DNA of 64,000 bases from Euprymna scolopes (lineage: Eukaryota), in assembly GCA_053919585.1 (NCBI GenBank), contig CM132827.1. One strand, 5' to 3'. Position numbers and translations under genes: made by a program. Below are positions 1-15,000 of the stretch, piece after piece (the stretch's first letter is position 1; each line of letters begins with the position of its first letter). The notes beneath the pieces are model-generated. The model made no database searches, was not told the origin of the DNA, and saw only the letters and a program-made list of their open reading frames with translations.

Positions 1-3000
1 TAAAATTACATTCAAGCTTAACTTTGTCTAAAAAAATTGGGTGACACACAGACAAAGAATCAAAGTAAAACTACATTCAAGCTTAACTTTGTCTAAAAAA
101 ATTGGGTGACACACAGACAAAGAATCAAAGTAAAATTACATTCAAGCTTAACTTTGTCTAAAAAAATTGGGTGACACACAGACAAAGAATCAAAGTAAAA
201 TTACATTCAAGCTTAACTTTGTCTAAAAAAATTGGGTGACACACAGACAAAGAATCAAAGTAAAATTACATTCAAGCTTAACTTTGTCTAAAAAAATTGG
301 GTGACACACAGACAAAGAATCAAAGTAAAATTACATTCAAGCTTAACTTTGTCTAAAAAAATTGGGTGACACACAGACAAAGAATCAAAGTAAAATTACA
401 TTCAAGCTTAACTTTGTCTAAAAAAATTGGGTGACACACAGACAAAGAATCAAAGTAAAATTACATTCAAGCTTAACTTTGTCTAAAAAAATTGGGTGAC
501 ACACAGACAAAGAATCAAAGTAAAATTACATTCAAGCTTAACTTTGTCTAAAAAAATTGGGTGACACACAGACAAAGAATCAAAGTAAAACTACATTCAA
601 GCTTAACTTTGTCTAAAAAAATTGGGTGACACACAGACAAAGAATCAAAGTAAAATTACATTCAAGCTTAACTTTGTCTAAAAAAATTGGGTGACACACA
701 GACAAAGAATCAAAGTAAAAATTACATTCAAGCTTAACTTTGTCTAAAAAAATTGGGTGACACACAGACAAAGAATCAAAGTAAAATTACATTCAAGCTT
801 AACTTTGTCTAAAAAAATTAGGTGACACACAGACAAAGAATCAAAGTAAAACTACATTCAAGCTTAACTTTGTCTAAAATAATTGGGTGACACACAGACA
901 AAGAATCAAAGTAAAATTACATTCAAGCTTAACTTTGTCTAAAAAAATTGGGTGACACACAGACAAAGAATCAAAGTAAAATTACATTCAAGCTTAACTT
1001 TGTCTAAAAAATTGGGTGACACACAGACAAAGAATCAAAGTAAAATTACATTCAAGCTTAACTTTGTCTAAAAAAATTGGGTGACACACAGACAAAGAAT
1101 CAAAGTAAAATTACATTCAAGCTTAACTTTGTCTAAAAAAATTGGGTGACACACAGACAAAGAATCAAAGTAAAATTACATTCAAGCTTAACTTTGTCTA
1201 AAAAAATTGGGTGACACACAGACAAAGAATCAAAGTAAAATTACATTCAAGCTTAACTTTGTCTAAAAAAATTGGGTGACACACAGACAAAGGAATCAAA
1301 GTAAAATTACATTCAAGCTTAACTTTGTCTAAAAAAATTGGGTGACACACAGACAAAGAATCAAAGTAAAATTACATTCAAGCTTAACTTTGTCTAAAAA
1401 AATTGGGTGACACACAGACAAAGAATCAAAGTAAAATTACATTCAAGCTTAACTTGTCTAAAAAAATTGGGTGACACACAGACAAAGAATCAAAGTAAAA
1501 CTACATTCAAGCTTAACTTTGTCTAAAAAAATTGGGTGACACACAGACAAAGAATCAAAGTAAAATTACATTCAAGCTTAACTTTGTCTAAAAAAATTGG
1601 GTGACACACAGACAAAGAATCAAAGTAAAACTACATTCAAGCTTAACTTTGTCTAAAAAAATTGGGTGACACACAGACAAAGAATCAAAGTAAAATTACA
1701 TTCAAGCTTAACTTTGTCTAAAAAAATTGGGTGACACACAGACAAAGAATCAAAGTAAAATTACATTCAAGCTTAACTTTGTCTAAAAAAATTGGGTGAC
1801 ACACAGACAAAGAATCAAAGTAAAACTACATTCAAGCTTAACTTTGTCTAAAAAAATTGGGTGACACACAGACAAAGAATCAAAGTAAAATTACATTCAA
1901 GCTTAACTTTGTCTAAAAAAATTGGGTGACACACAGACAAAGAATCAAAGTAAAACTACATTCAAGCTTAACTTTGTCTAAAAAAATTGGGTGACACACA
2001 GACAAAGAATCAAAGTAAAATTACATTCAAGCTTAACTTTGTCTAAAAAAATTGGGTGACACACAGACAAAGAATCAAAGTAAAATTACATTCAAGCTTA
2101 ACTTTGTCTAAAAAAAATTGGGTGACACACAGACAAAGAATCAAAGTAAAACTACATTCAAGCTTAACTTTGTCTAAAAAAATTGGGTGACACACAGACA
2201 AAGAATCAAAGTAAAATTACATTCAAGCTTAACTTTGTCTAAAAAAATTGGGTGACACACAGACAAAGAATCAAAGTAAAACTACATTCAAGCTTAACTT
2301 TGTCTAAAAAAATTGGGTGACACACAGACAAAGAATCAAAGTAAAATTACATTCAAGCTTAACTTTGTCTAAAAAAATTGGGTGACACACAGACAAAGAA
2401 TCAAAGTAAAACTACATTCAAGCTTAACTTTGTCTAAAAAAATTGGGTGACACACAGACAAAGAATCAAAGTAAAATTACATTCAAGCTTAACTTTGTCT
2501 AAAAAAATTGGGTGACACACAGACAAAGAATCAAAGTAAAACTACATTCAAGCTTAACTTTGTCTAAAAAAATTGGGTGACACACAGACAAAGAATCAAA
2601 GTAAAATTACATTCAAGCTTAACTTTGTCTAAAAAAATTGGGTGACACACAGACAAAGAATCAAAGTAAAACTACATTCAAGCTTAACTTTGTCTAAAAA
2701 AATTGGGTGACACACAGACAAAGAATCAAAGTAAAAACTACATTCAAGCTTAACTTTGTCTAAAAAAATTGGGTGACACACAGACAAAGAATCAAAGTAA
2801 AACTACATTCAAGCTTAACTTTGTCTAAAAAAATTGGGTGACACACAGACAAAGAATCAAAGTAAAATTACATTCAAGCTTAACTTTGTCTAAGAAAATT
2901 GGGTGACACACAGACAAAGAATCAAAGTAAAATTACATTCAAGCTTAACTTTGTCTAAAAAAATTGGGTGACACACAGACAAAGAATCAAAGTAAAATTA

Positions 3001-6000
3001 CATTCAAGCTTAACTTTGTCTAAAAAAATTGGGTGACACACAGACAAAGAATCAAAGTAAAATTACATTCAAGCTTAACTTTGTCTAAAAAAATTGGGTG
3101 ACACACAGACAAAGAATCAAAGTAAAATTACATTCAAGCTTAACTTTGTCTAAAAAAATTGGGTGACACACAGACAAAGAATCAAAGTAAAATTACATTC
3201 AAGCTTAACTTTGTCTAAAAAAATTGGGTGACACACAGACAAAGACAGTAAAATTACATTCAAGCTTAACTTTGTCTAAAAAAATTGGGTGACACACAGA
3301 CAAAGAATCAAAGTAAAATTACATTCAAGCTTAACTTTGTCTAAAAAAATTGGGTGACACACAGACAAAGAAAGTAAAATTACATTCAAGCTTAACTTTG
3401 TCTAAAAAAATTGGGTGACACACAGACAAAGAAAGTAAAATTACATTCAAGCTTAACTTTGTCTAAAAAAATTGGGTGACACACAGACAAAGAATCAAAG
3501 TAAAATTACATTCAAGCTTAACTTTGTCTAAAAAATTGGGTGACACACAGACAAAGAATCAAAGTAAAATTACATTCAAGCTTAACTTTGTCTAAAAAAA
3601 TTGGGGTGACACACAGACAAAGAATCAAAGTAAAATTACATTCAAGCTTAACTTTGTCTAAAAAAATTGGGTGACACACAGACAAAGAATCAAAGTAAAA
3701 TTACATTCAAGCTTAACTTTGTCTAAAAAAATTGGGTGACACACAGACAAAGAATCAAAGTAAAATTACATTCAAGCTTAACTTTGTCTAAAAAAATTGG
3801 GTGACACACAGACAAAGAATCAAAGTAAAATTACATTCAAGCTTAACTTTGTCTAAAAAAATTGGGTGACACACAGACAAAGAAAGTAAAATTACATTCA
3901 AGCTTAACTTTGTCTAAAAAAATTGGGTGACACACAGACAAAGAATCAAAGTAAAATTACATTCAAGCTTAACTTTGTCTAAAAAAATTGGGTGACACAC
4001 AGACAAAGAAAGTAAAATTACATTCAAGCTTAACTTTGTCTAAAAAAATTGGGTGACACACAGACAAAGAATCAAAGTAAAATTACATTCAAGCTTAACT
4101 TTGTCTAAAAAAATTGGGTGACACACAGACAAAGAATCAAAGTAAAATTACATTCAAGCTTAACTTTGTCTAAAAAAATTGGGTGACACACAGACAAAGA
4201 ATCAAAGTAAAATTACATTCAAGCTTAACTTTGTCTAAAAAAATTGGGTGACACACAGACAAAGAAAGTAAAATTACATTCAAGCTTAACTTTGTCTAAA
4301 AACATTGGGTGACACACAGACAAAGAATCAAAGTAAAAATTACATTCAAGCTTAACTTTGTCTAAAAAAAATTGGGTGACACACAGACAAAGAATCAAAG
4401 TAAAATTACATTCAAGCTTAACTTTGTCTAAAAAAAATTGGGTGACACACAGACAAAGAAAGTAAAATTACATTCAAGCTTAACTTTGTCTAAAAAACAT
4501 TGGGTGACACACAGACAAAGAATCAAAGTAAAATTACATTCAAGCTTAACTTTGTCTAAGAAAATTGGGTGACACACAGACAAAGAATCAAAGTAAAATT
4601 ACATTCAAGCTTAACTTTGTCTAAAAAAATTGGGTGACACACAGACAAAGAATCAAAGTAAAATTACATTCAAGCTTAACTTTGTCTAAAAAAATTGGGT
4701 GACACACAGACAAAGAAAGTAAAATTACATTCAAGCTTAACTTTGTCTAAAAAAATTGGGTGACACACAGACAAAGAAAGTAAAATTACATTCAAGCTTA
4801 ACTTTGTCTAAAAAAATTGGGTGACACACAGACAAAGAATCAAAGTAAAATTACATTCAAGCTTAACTTTGTCTAAAAAATTGGGTGACACACAGACAAA
4901 GAATCAAAGTAAAATTACATTCAAGCTTAACTTTGTCTAAAAAAATTGGGTGACACACAGACAAAGAATCAAAGTAAAATTACATTCAAGCTTAACTTTG
5001 TCTAAAAAAATTGGGTGACACACAGACAAAGAATCAAAGTAAAATTACATTCAAGCTTAACTTTGTCTAAAAAAATTGGGTGACACACAGACAAAGAATC
5101 AAAGTAAAATTACATTCAAGCTTAACTTTGTCTAAAAAAATTGGGTGACACACAGACAAAGAATCAAAGTAAAATTACATTCAAGCTTAACTTTGTCTAA
5201 AAAAAATTGGGTGACACACAGACAAAGAATCAAAGTAAAATTACATTCAAGCTTAACTTTGTCTAAAAAAATTGGGTGACACACAGACAAAGGAATCAAA
5301 GTAAAATTACATTCAAGCTTAACTTTGTCTAAAAAAATTGGGTGACACACAGACAAAGAATCAAAGTAAAATTACATTCAAGCTTAACTTTGTCTAAAAA
5401 AATTGGGTGACACACACAGACAAAGAATCAAAGTAAAATTACATTCAAGCTTAACTTTGTCTAAAAAAATTGGGTGACACACAGACAAAGAATCAAAGTA
5501 AAATTACATTCAAGCTTAACTTTGTCTAAAAAAATTGGGTGACACACAGACAAAGAAAGTAAAATTACATTCAAGCTTAACTTTGTCTAAAAAAAATTGG
5601 GTGACACACAGACAAAGAATCAAAGTAAAATTACATTCAAGCTTAACTTTGTCTAAAAAAATTGGGTGACACACAGACAAAGAAAGTAAAATTACATTCA
5701 AGCTTAACTTTGTCTAAAAAAATTGGGTGACACACAGACAAAGAATCAAAGTAAAATTACATTCAAGCTTAACTTTGTCTAAAAAAATTGGGTGACACAC
5801 AGACAAAGAATCAAAGTAAAATTACATTCAAGCTTAACTTTGTCTAAAAAAATTGGGTGACACACAGACAAAGAATCAAAGTAAAATTACATTCAAGCTT
5901 AACTTTGTCTAAAAAAATTGGGTGACACACAGACAAAGAAAGTAAAATTACATTCAAGCTTAACTTTGTCTAAAAACATTGGGTGACACACAGACAAAGA

Positions 6001-9000
6001 ATCAAAGTAAAATTACATTCAAGCTTAACTTTGTCTAAAAAAAATTGGGTGACACACAGACAAAGAATCAAAGTAAAATTACATTCAAGCTTAACTTTGT
6101 CTAAAAAAAATTGGGTGACACACAGACAAAGAAAGTAAAATTACATTCAAGCTTAACTTTGTCTAAAAAACATTGGGTGACACACAGACAAAGAATCAAA
6201 GTAAAATTACATTCAAGCTTAACTTTGTCTAAGAAAATTGGGTGACACACAGACAAAGAATCAAAGTAAAATTACATTCAAGCTTAACTTTGTCTAAAAA
6301 AATTGGGTGACACACAGACAAAGAATCAAAGTAAAATTACATTCAAGCTTAACTTTGTCTAAAAAAATTGGGTGACACACAGACAAAGAAAGTAAAATTA
6401 CATTCAAGCTTAACTTTGTCTAAAAAAATTGGGTGACACACAGACAAAGAAAGTAAAATTACATTCAAGCTTAACTTTGTCTAAAAAAATTGGGTGACAC
6501 ACAGACAAAGAATCAAAGTAAAATTACATTCAAGCTTAACTTTGTCTAAAAAATTGGGTGACACACAGACAAAGAATCAAAGTAAAATTACATTCAAGCT
6601 TAACTTTGTCTAAAAAAATTGGGTGACACACAGACAAAGAATCAAAGTAAAATTACATTCAAGCTTAACTTTGTCTAAAAAAATTGGGTGACACACAGAC
6701 AAAGAATCAAAGTAAAATTACATTCAAGCTTAACTTTGTCTAAAAAAATTGGGTGACACACAGACAAAGAATCAAAGTAAAATTACATTCAAGCTTAACT
6801 TTGTCTAAAAAAATTGGGTGACACACAGACAAAGAATCAAAGTAAAATTACATTCAAGCTTAACTTTGTCTAAAAAAATTGGGTGACACACAGACAAAGA
6901 ATCAAAGTAAAATTACATTCAAGCTTAACTTTGTCTAAAAAAATTGGGTGACACACAGACAAAGAATCAAAGTAAAATTACATTCAAGCTTAACTTTGTC
7001 TAAAAAAATTGGGTGACACACAGACAAAGAATCAAAGTAAAATTACATTCAAGCTTAACTTTGTCTAAAAAAATTGGGTGACACACAGACAAAGAATCAA
7101 AGTAAAATTACATTCAAGCTTAACTTTGTCTAAAAAAATTGGGTGACACACAGACAAAGAATCAAAGTAAAATTACATTCAAGCTTAACTTTGTCTAAAA
7201 AAATTGGGTGACACACAGACAAAGAATCAAAGTAAAATTACATTCAAGCTTAACTTTGTCTAAAAAAATTGGGTGACACACAGACAAAGAATCAAAGTAA
7301 AATTACATTCAAGCTTAACTTTGTCTAAAAAAATTGGGTGACACACAGACAAAGAATCAAAGTAAAACTACATTCAAGCTTAACTTTGTCTAAAATAATT
7401 GGGTGACACACAGACAAAGAATCAAAGTAAAATTACATTCAAGCTTAACTTTGTCTAAAAAAATTGGGTGACACACAGACAAAGAATCAAAGTAAAATTA
7501 CATTCAAGCTTAACTTTGTCTAAAAAAATTGGGTGACACACAGACAAAGAATCAAAGTAAAATTACATTCAAGCTTAACTTTGTCTAAAAAAATTGGGTG
7601 ACACACAGACAAAGAATCAAAGTAAAATTACATTCAAGCTTAACTTTGTCTAAAAAAATTGGGTGACACACAGACAAAGAATCAAAGTAAAATTACATTC
7701 AAGCTTAACTTTGTCTAAAAAAATTGGGTGACACACAGACAAAGAATCAAAGTAAAATTACATTCAAGCTTAACTTTGTCTAAAAAAATTGGGTGACACA
7801 CAGACAAAGAATCAAAGTAAAATTACATTCAAGCTTAACTTTGTCTAAAAAAATTGGGTGACACACAGACAAAGAATCAAAGTAAAATTACATTCAAGCT
7901 TAACTTTGTCTAAAAAAATTGGGTGACACACAGACAAAGAATCAAAGTAAAACTACATTCAAGCTTAACTTTGTCTAAAAAAATTGGGTGACACACAGAC
8001 AAAGAATCAAAGTAAAATTACATTCAAGCTTAACTTTGTCTAAAAAAATTGGGTGACACACAGACAAAGAATCAAAGTAAAATTACATTCAAGCTTAACT
8101 TTGTCTAAAAAAATTGGGTGACACACAGACAAAGAATCAAAGTAAAATTACATTCAAGCTTAACTTTGTCTAAAAAAATTGGGTGACACACAGACAAAGA
8201 ATCAAAGTAAAACTACATTCAAGCTTAACTTTGTCTAAAAAAATTGGGTGACACACAGACAAAGAATCAAAGTAAAATTACATTCAAGCTTAACTTTGTC
8301 TAAAAAAATTGGGTGACACACAGACAAAGAATCAAAGTAAAATTACATTCAAGCTTAACTTTGTCTAAAAAATTGGGTGACACACAGACAAAGAATCAAA
8401 GTAAAATTACATTCAAGCTTAACTTTGTCTAAAAAAATTGGGTGACACACAGACAAAGAATCAAAGTAAAATTACATTCAAGCTTAACTTTGTCTAAAAA
8501 AATTGGGTGACACACAGACAAAGAATCAAAGTAAAATTACATTCAAGCTTAACTTTGTCTAAAAAAATTGGGTGACACACAGACAAAGAATCAAAGTAAA
8601 ACTACATTCAAGCTTAACTTTGTCTAAAAAAATTGGGTGACACACAGACAAAGAATCAAAGTAAAATTACATTCAAGCTTAACTTTGTCTAAAAAAAATT
8701 GGGTGACACACAGACAAAGAATCAAAGTAAAATTACATTCAAGCTTAACTTTGTCTAAAAAAAATTGGGTGACACACAGACAAAGAATCAAAGTAAAATT
8801 ACATTCAAGCTTAACTTTGTCTAAAAAAAATTGGGTGACACACAGACAAAGAATCAAAGTAAAATTACATTCAAGCTTAACTTTGTCTAAAAAAAATTGG
8901 GTGACACACAGACAAAGAATCAAAGTAAAATTACATTCAAGCTTAACTTTGTCTAAAAAAAATTGGGTGACACACAGACAAAGAATCAAAGTAAAATTAC

Positions 9001-12000
9001 ATTCAAGCTTAACTTTGTCTAAAAAAAATTGGGTGACACACAGACAAAGAATCAAAGTAAAATTACATTCAAGCTTAACTTTGTCTAAAAAAATTGGGTG
9101 ACACACAGACAAAGAATCAAAGTAAAATTACATTCAAGCTTAACTTTGTCTAAAAAAAAATGGGTGACACACAGACAAAGAATCAAAGTAAAATTACATT
9201 CAAGCTTAACTTTGTCTAAAAAAAATTGGGTGACACACAGACAAAGAATCAAAGTAAAATTACATTCAAGCTTAACTTTGTCTAAAAAAAATTGGGTGAC
9301 ACACAGACAAAGAATCAAAGTAAAATTACATTCAAGCTTAACTTTGTCTAAAAAAAATTGGGTGACACACAGACAAAGAATCAAAGTAAAATTACATTCA
9401 AGCTTAACTTTGTCTAAAAAAAATTGGGTGACACACAGACAAAGAATCAAAGTAAAATTACATTCAAGCTTAACTTTGTCTAAAAAAAATTGGGTGACAC
9501 ACAGACAAAGAATCAAAGTAAAATTACATTCAAGCTTAACTTTGTCTAAAAAAATTGGGTGACACACAGACAAAGAATCAAAGTAAAATTACATTCAAGC
9601 TTAACTTTGTCTAAAAAAATTGGGTGACACACAGACAAAGAATCAAAGTAAAATTACATTCAAGCTTAACTTTGTCTAAAAAAAATTGGGTGACACACAG
9701 ACAAAGAATCAAAGTAAAATTACATTCAAGCTTATACTTTGTCTAAAAAACATTGGGTGACACACAGACAAAGAATCAAAGTAAAATTACATTCAAGCTT
9801 AACTTTGTCTAAAAAAATTGGGTGACACACAGACAAAGAATCAAAGTAAAATTACATTCAAGCTTAACTTTGTCTAAAAAAATTGGGTGACACACAGACA
9901 AAGAATCAAAGTAAAATTACATTCAAGCTTAACTTTGTCTAAAAAAATTGGGTGACACACAGACAAAGAATCAAAGTAAAATTACATTGAAGCTTAACTT
10001 TGTCTAAAAAAATTGGGTGACACACAGACAAAGAATCAAAGTAAAATTACATTCAAGCTTAACTTTGTCTAAAAAAATTGGGTGACACACAGACAAAGAA
10101 TCAAAGTAAAATTACATTCAAGCTTAACTTTGTCTAAAAAAAATTGGGTGACACACAGACAAAGAATCAAAGTAAAATTACATTCAAGCTTAACTTTGTC
10201 TAAAAAAAAATTGGGTGACACACAGACAAAGAATCAAAGTAAAATTACATTCAAGCTTAACTTTGTCTAAAAAAAATTGGGTGACACACAGACAAAGAAT
10301 CAAAGTAAAATTACATTCAAGCTTAACTTTGTCTAAAAAAAATTGGGTGACACACAGACAAAGAATCAAAGTAAAATTACATTCAAGCTTAACTTTGTCT
10401 AAAAAAATTGGGTGACACACAGACAAAGAATCAAAGTAAAATTACATTCAAGCTTAACTTTGTCTAAAAAAATTGGGTGACACACAGACAAAGAATCAAA
10501 GTAAAATTACATTCAAGCTTAACTTTGTCTAAAAAAATTGGGTGACACACAGACAAAGAATCAAAGTAAAATTACATTCAAGCTTAACTTTGTCTAAAAA
10601 AAATTGGGTGACACACAGACAAAGAATCAAAGTAAAATTACATTCAAGCTTAACTTTGTCTAAAAAAATTGGGTGACACACAGACAAAGAATCAAAGTAA
10701 AACTACATTCAAGCTTAACTTTGTCTAAAAAAATTGGGTGACACACAGACAAAGAATCAAAGTAAAACTACATTCAAGCTTAACTTTGTCTAAAAAAATT
10801 GGGTGACACACAGACAAAGAATCAAAGTAAAACTACATTCAAGCTTAACTTTGTCTAAAAAAATTGGGTGACACACAGACAAAGAATCAAAGTAAAACTA
10901 CATTCAAGCTTAACTTTGTCTAAAAAAATTGGGTGACACACAGACAAAGAATCAAAGTAAAACTACATTCAAGCTTAACTTTGTCTAAAAAAATTGGGTG
11001 ACACACAGACAAAGAATCAAAGTAAAACTACATTCAAGCTTAACTTTGTCTAAAAAAATTGGGTGACACACAGACAAAGAATCAAAGTAAAATTACATTC
11101 AAGCTTAACTTTGTCTAAAAAAATTGGGTGACACACAGACAAAGAATCAAAGTAAAATTACATTCAAGCTTAACTTTGTCTAAAAAAATTGGGTGACACA
11201 CAGACAAAGAATCAAAGTAAAATTACATTCAAGCTTAACTTTGTCTAAAAAAATTGGGTGACACACAGACAAAGAATCAAAGTAAAATTACATTCAAGCT
11301 TAACTTTGTCTAAAAAAATTGGGTGACACACAGACAAAGAATCAAAGTAAAATTACATTCAAGCTTAACTTTGTCTAAAAAAATTGGGTGACACACAGAC
11401 AAAGAATCAAAGTAAAATTACATTCAAGCTTAACTTTGTCTAAAAAAATTGGGTGACACACAGACAAAGAATCAAAGTAAAATTACATTCAAGCTTAACT
11501 TTGTCTAAAAAAATTGGGTGACACACAGACAAAGAATCAAAGTAAAATTACATTCAAGCTTAACTTTGTCTAAAAAATTGGGTGACACACAGACAAAGAA
11601 TCAAAGTAAAATTACATTCAAGCTTAACTTTGTCTAAAAAAATTGGGTGACACACAGACAAAGAATCAAAGTAAAATTACATTCAAGCTTAACTTTGTCT
11701 AAAAAAATTGGGTGACACACAGACAAAGAATCAAAGTAAAATTACATTCAAGCTTAACTTTGTCTAAAAAAATTGGGTGACACACAGACAAAGAATCAAA
11801 GTAAAATTACATTCAAGCTTAACTTTGTCTAAAAAAATTGGGTGACACACAGACAAAGAATCAAAGTAAAATTACATTCAAGCTTAACTTTGTCTAAAAA
11901 AATTGGGTGACACACAGACAAAGAATCAAAGTAAAATTACATTCAAGCTTAACTTTGTCTAAAAAAATTGGGTGACACACAGACAAAGAATCAAAGTAAA

Positions 12001-15000
12001 ATTACATTCAAGCTTAACTTTGTCTAAAAAAATTGGGTGACACACAGACAAAGAATCAAAGTAAAATTACATTCAAGCTTAACTTTGTCTAAAAAAAATT
12101 GGGTGACACACAGACAAAGAATCAAAGTAAAATTACATTCAAGCTTAACTTTGTCTAAAAAAATTGGGTGACACACAGACAAAGAATCAAAGTAAAATTA
12201 CATTCAAGCTTAACTTTGTCTAAAAAAAATTGGGTGACACACAGACAAAGAATCAAAGTAAAATTACATTCAAGCTTAACTTTGTCTAAAAAAAATTGGG
12301 TGACACACAGACAAAGAATCAAAGTAAAATTACATTCAAGCTTAACTTTGTCTAAAAAAATTGGGTGACACACAGACAAAGAATCAAAGTAAAATTACAT
12401 TCAAGCTTAACTTTGTCTAAAAAAAATTGGGTGACACACAGACAAAGAATCAAAGTAAAATTACATTCAAGCTTAACTTTGTCTAAAAAAATTGGGTGAC
12501 ACACAGACAAAGAATCAAAGTAAAATTACATTCAAGCTTAACTTTGTCTAAAAAAAATTGGGTGACACACAGACAAAGAATCAAAGTAAAATTACATTCA
12601 AGCTTAACTTTGTCTAAAAAAATTGGATGACACACAGACAAAGAATCAAAGTAAAATTACATTCAAGCTTAACTTTGTCTAAAAAAAATTGGGTGACACA
12701 CAGACAAAGAATCAAAGTAAAACTACATTCAAGCTTAACTTTGTCTAAAAAAATTGGGTGACACACAGACAAAGAATCAAAGTAAAACTACATTCAAGCT
12801 TAACTTTGTCTAAAAAAATTGGGTGACACACAGACAAAGAATCAAAGTAAAACTACATTCAAGCTTAACTTTGTCTAAAAAAATTGGGTGACACACAGAC
12901 AAAGAATCAAAGTAAAACTACATTCAAGCTTAACTTTGTCTAAAAAAATTGGGTGACACACAGACAAAGAATCAAAGTAAAACTACATTCAAGCTTAACT
13001 TTGTCTAAAAAAATTGGGTGACACACAGACAAAGAATCAAAGTAAAACTACATTCAAGCTTAACTTTGTCTAAAAAAATTGGGTGACACACAGACAAAGA
13101 ATCAAAGTAAAACTACATTCAAGCTTAACTTTGTCTAAAAAAATTGGGTGACACACAGACAAAGAATCAAAGTAAAATTACATTCAAGCTTAACTTTGTC
13201 TAAAAAAATTGGGTGACACACAGACAAAGAATCAAAGTAAAATTACATTCAAGCTTAACTTTGTCTAAAAAAATTGGGTGACACACAGACAAAGAATCAA
13301 AGTAAAATTACATTCAAGCTTAACTTTGTCTAAAAAAATTGGGTGACACACAGACAAAGAATCAAAGTAAAATTACATTCAAGCTTAACTTTGTCTAAAA
13401 AAATTGGGTGACACACAGACAAAGAATCAAAGTAAAATTACATTCAAGCTTAACTTTGTCTAAAAAAATTGGGTGACACACAGACAAAGAATCAAAGTAA
13501 AATTACATTCAAGCTTAACTTTGTCTAAAAAAATTGGGTGACACACAGACAAAGAATCAAAGTAAAATTACATTCAAGCTTAACTTTGTCTAAAAAAATT
13601 GGGTGACACACAGACAAAGAATCAAAGTAAAACTACATTCAAGCTTAACTTTGTCTAAAAAAATTGGGTGACACACAGACAAAGAATCAAAGTAAAATTA
13701 CATTCAAGCTTAACTTTGTCTAAAAAAATTGGGTGACACACAGACAAAGAATCAAAGTAAAATTACATTCAAGCTTAACTTTGTCTAAAAAAATTGGGTG
13801 ACACACAGACAAAGAATCAAAGTAAAATTACATTCAAGCTTAACTTTGTCTAAAAAAATTAGGTGACACACAGACAAAGAATCAAAGTAAAACTACATTC
13901 AAGCTTAACTTTGTCTAAAATAATTGGGTGACACACAGACAAAGAATCAAAGTAAAATTACATTCAAGCTTAACTTTGTCTAAAAAAATTGGGTGACACA
14001 CAGACAAAGAATCAAAGTAAAATTACATTCAAGCTTAACTTTGTCTAAAAAAATTGGGTGACACACAGACAAAGAATCAAAGTAAAATTACATTCAAGCT
14101 TAACTTTGTCTAAAAAAATTGGGTGACACACAGACAAAGAATCAAAGTAAAATTACATTCAAGCTTAACTTTGTCTAAAAAAATTGGGTGACACACAGAC
14201 AAAGAATCAAAGTAAAATTACATTCAAGATTAACTTTGTCTAAAAAAATTGGGTGACACACAGACAAAGAATCAAAGTAAAATTACATTCAAGCTTAACT
14301 TTGTCTAAAAAAATTGGGTGACACACAGACAAAGAATCAAAGTAAAATTACATTCAAGCTTAACTTTGTCTAAAAAAATTGGGTGACACACAGACAAAGA
14401 ATCAAAGTAAAATTACATTCAAGCTTAACTTTGTCTAAAAAAATTGGGTGACACACAGACAAAGAATCAAAGTAAAATTACATTCAAGCTTAACTTTGTC
14501 TAAAAAAATTGGGTGACACACAGACAAAGAATCAAAGTAAAACTACATTCAAGCTTAACTTTGTCTAAAAAAATTGGGTGACACACAGACAAAGAATCAA
14601 AGTAAAATTACATTCAAGCTTAACTTTGTCTAAAAAAATTGGGTGACACACAGACAAAGAATCAAAGTAAAACTACATTCAAGCTTAACTTTGTCTAAAA
14701 AAATTGGGTGACACACAGACAAAGAATCAAAGTAAAATTACATTCAAGCTTAACTTTGTCTAAAAAAATTGGGTGACACACAGACAAAGAATCAAAGTAA
14801 AATTACATTCAAGCTTAACTTTGTCTAAAAAAATTGGGTGACACACAGACAAAGAATCAAAGTAAAACTACATTCAAGCTTAACTTTGTCTAAAAAAATT
14901 GGGTGACACACAGACAAAGAATCAAAGTAAAATTACATTCAAGCTTAACTTTGTCTAAAAAAATTGGGTGACACACAGACAAAGAATCAAAGTAAAACTA

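Noticed and set aside
8624-9573. Repetitive ORFs (THRQRIKVKLHSSLTLSKKNWV)n and (LCLCVTQFFLDKVKLECNFTLI)n, here and elsewhere in the array
   Set aside because: They appear only where monomer lengths keep frame (66-bp A8 units), occur on both strands and lack ATG starts. They are by-products of the satellite.
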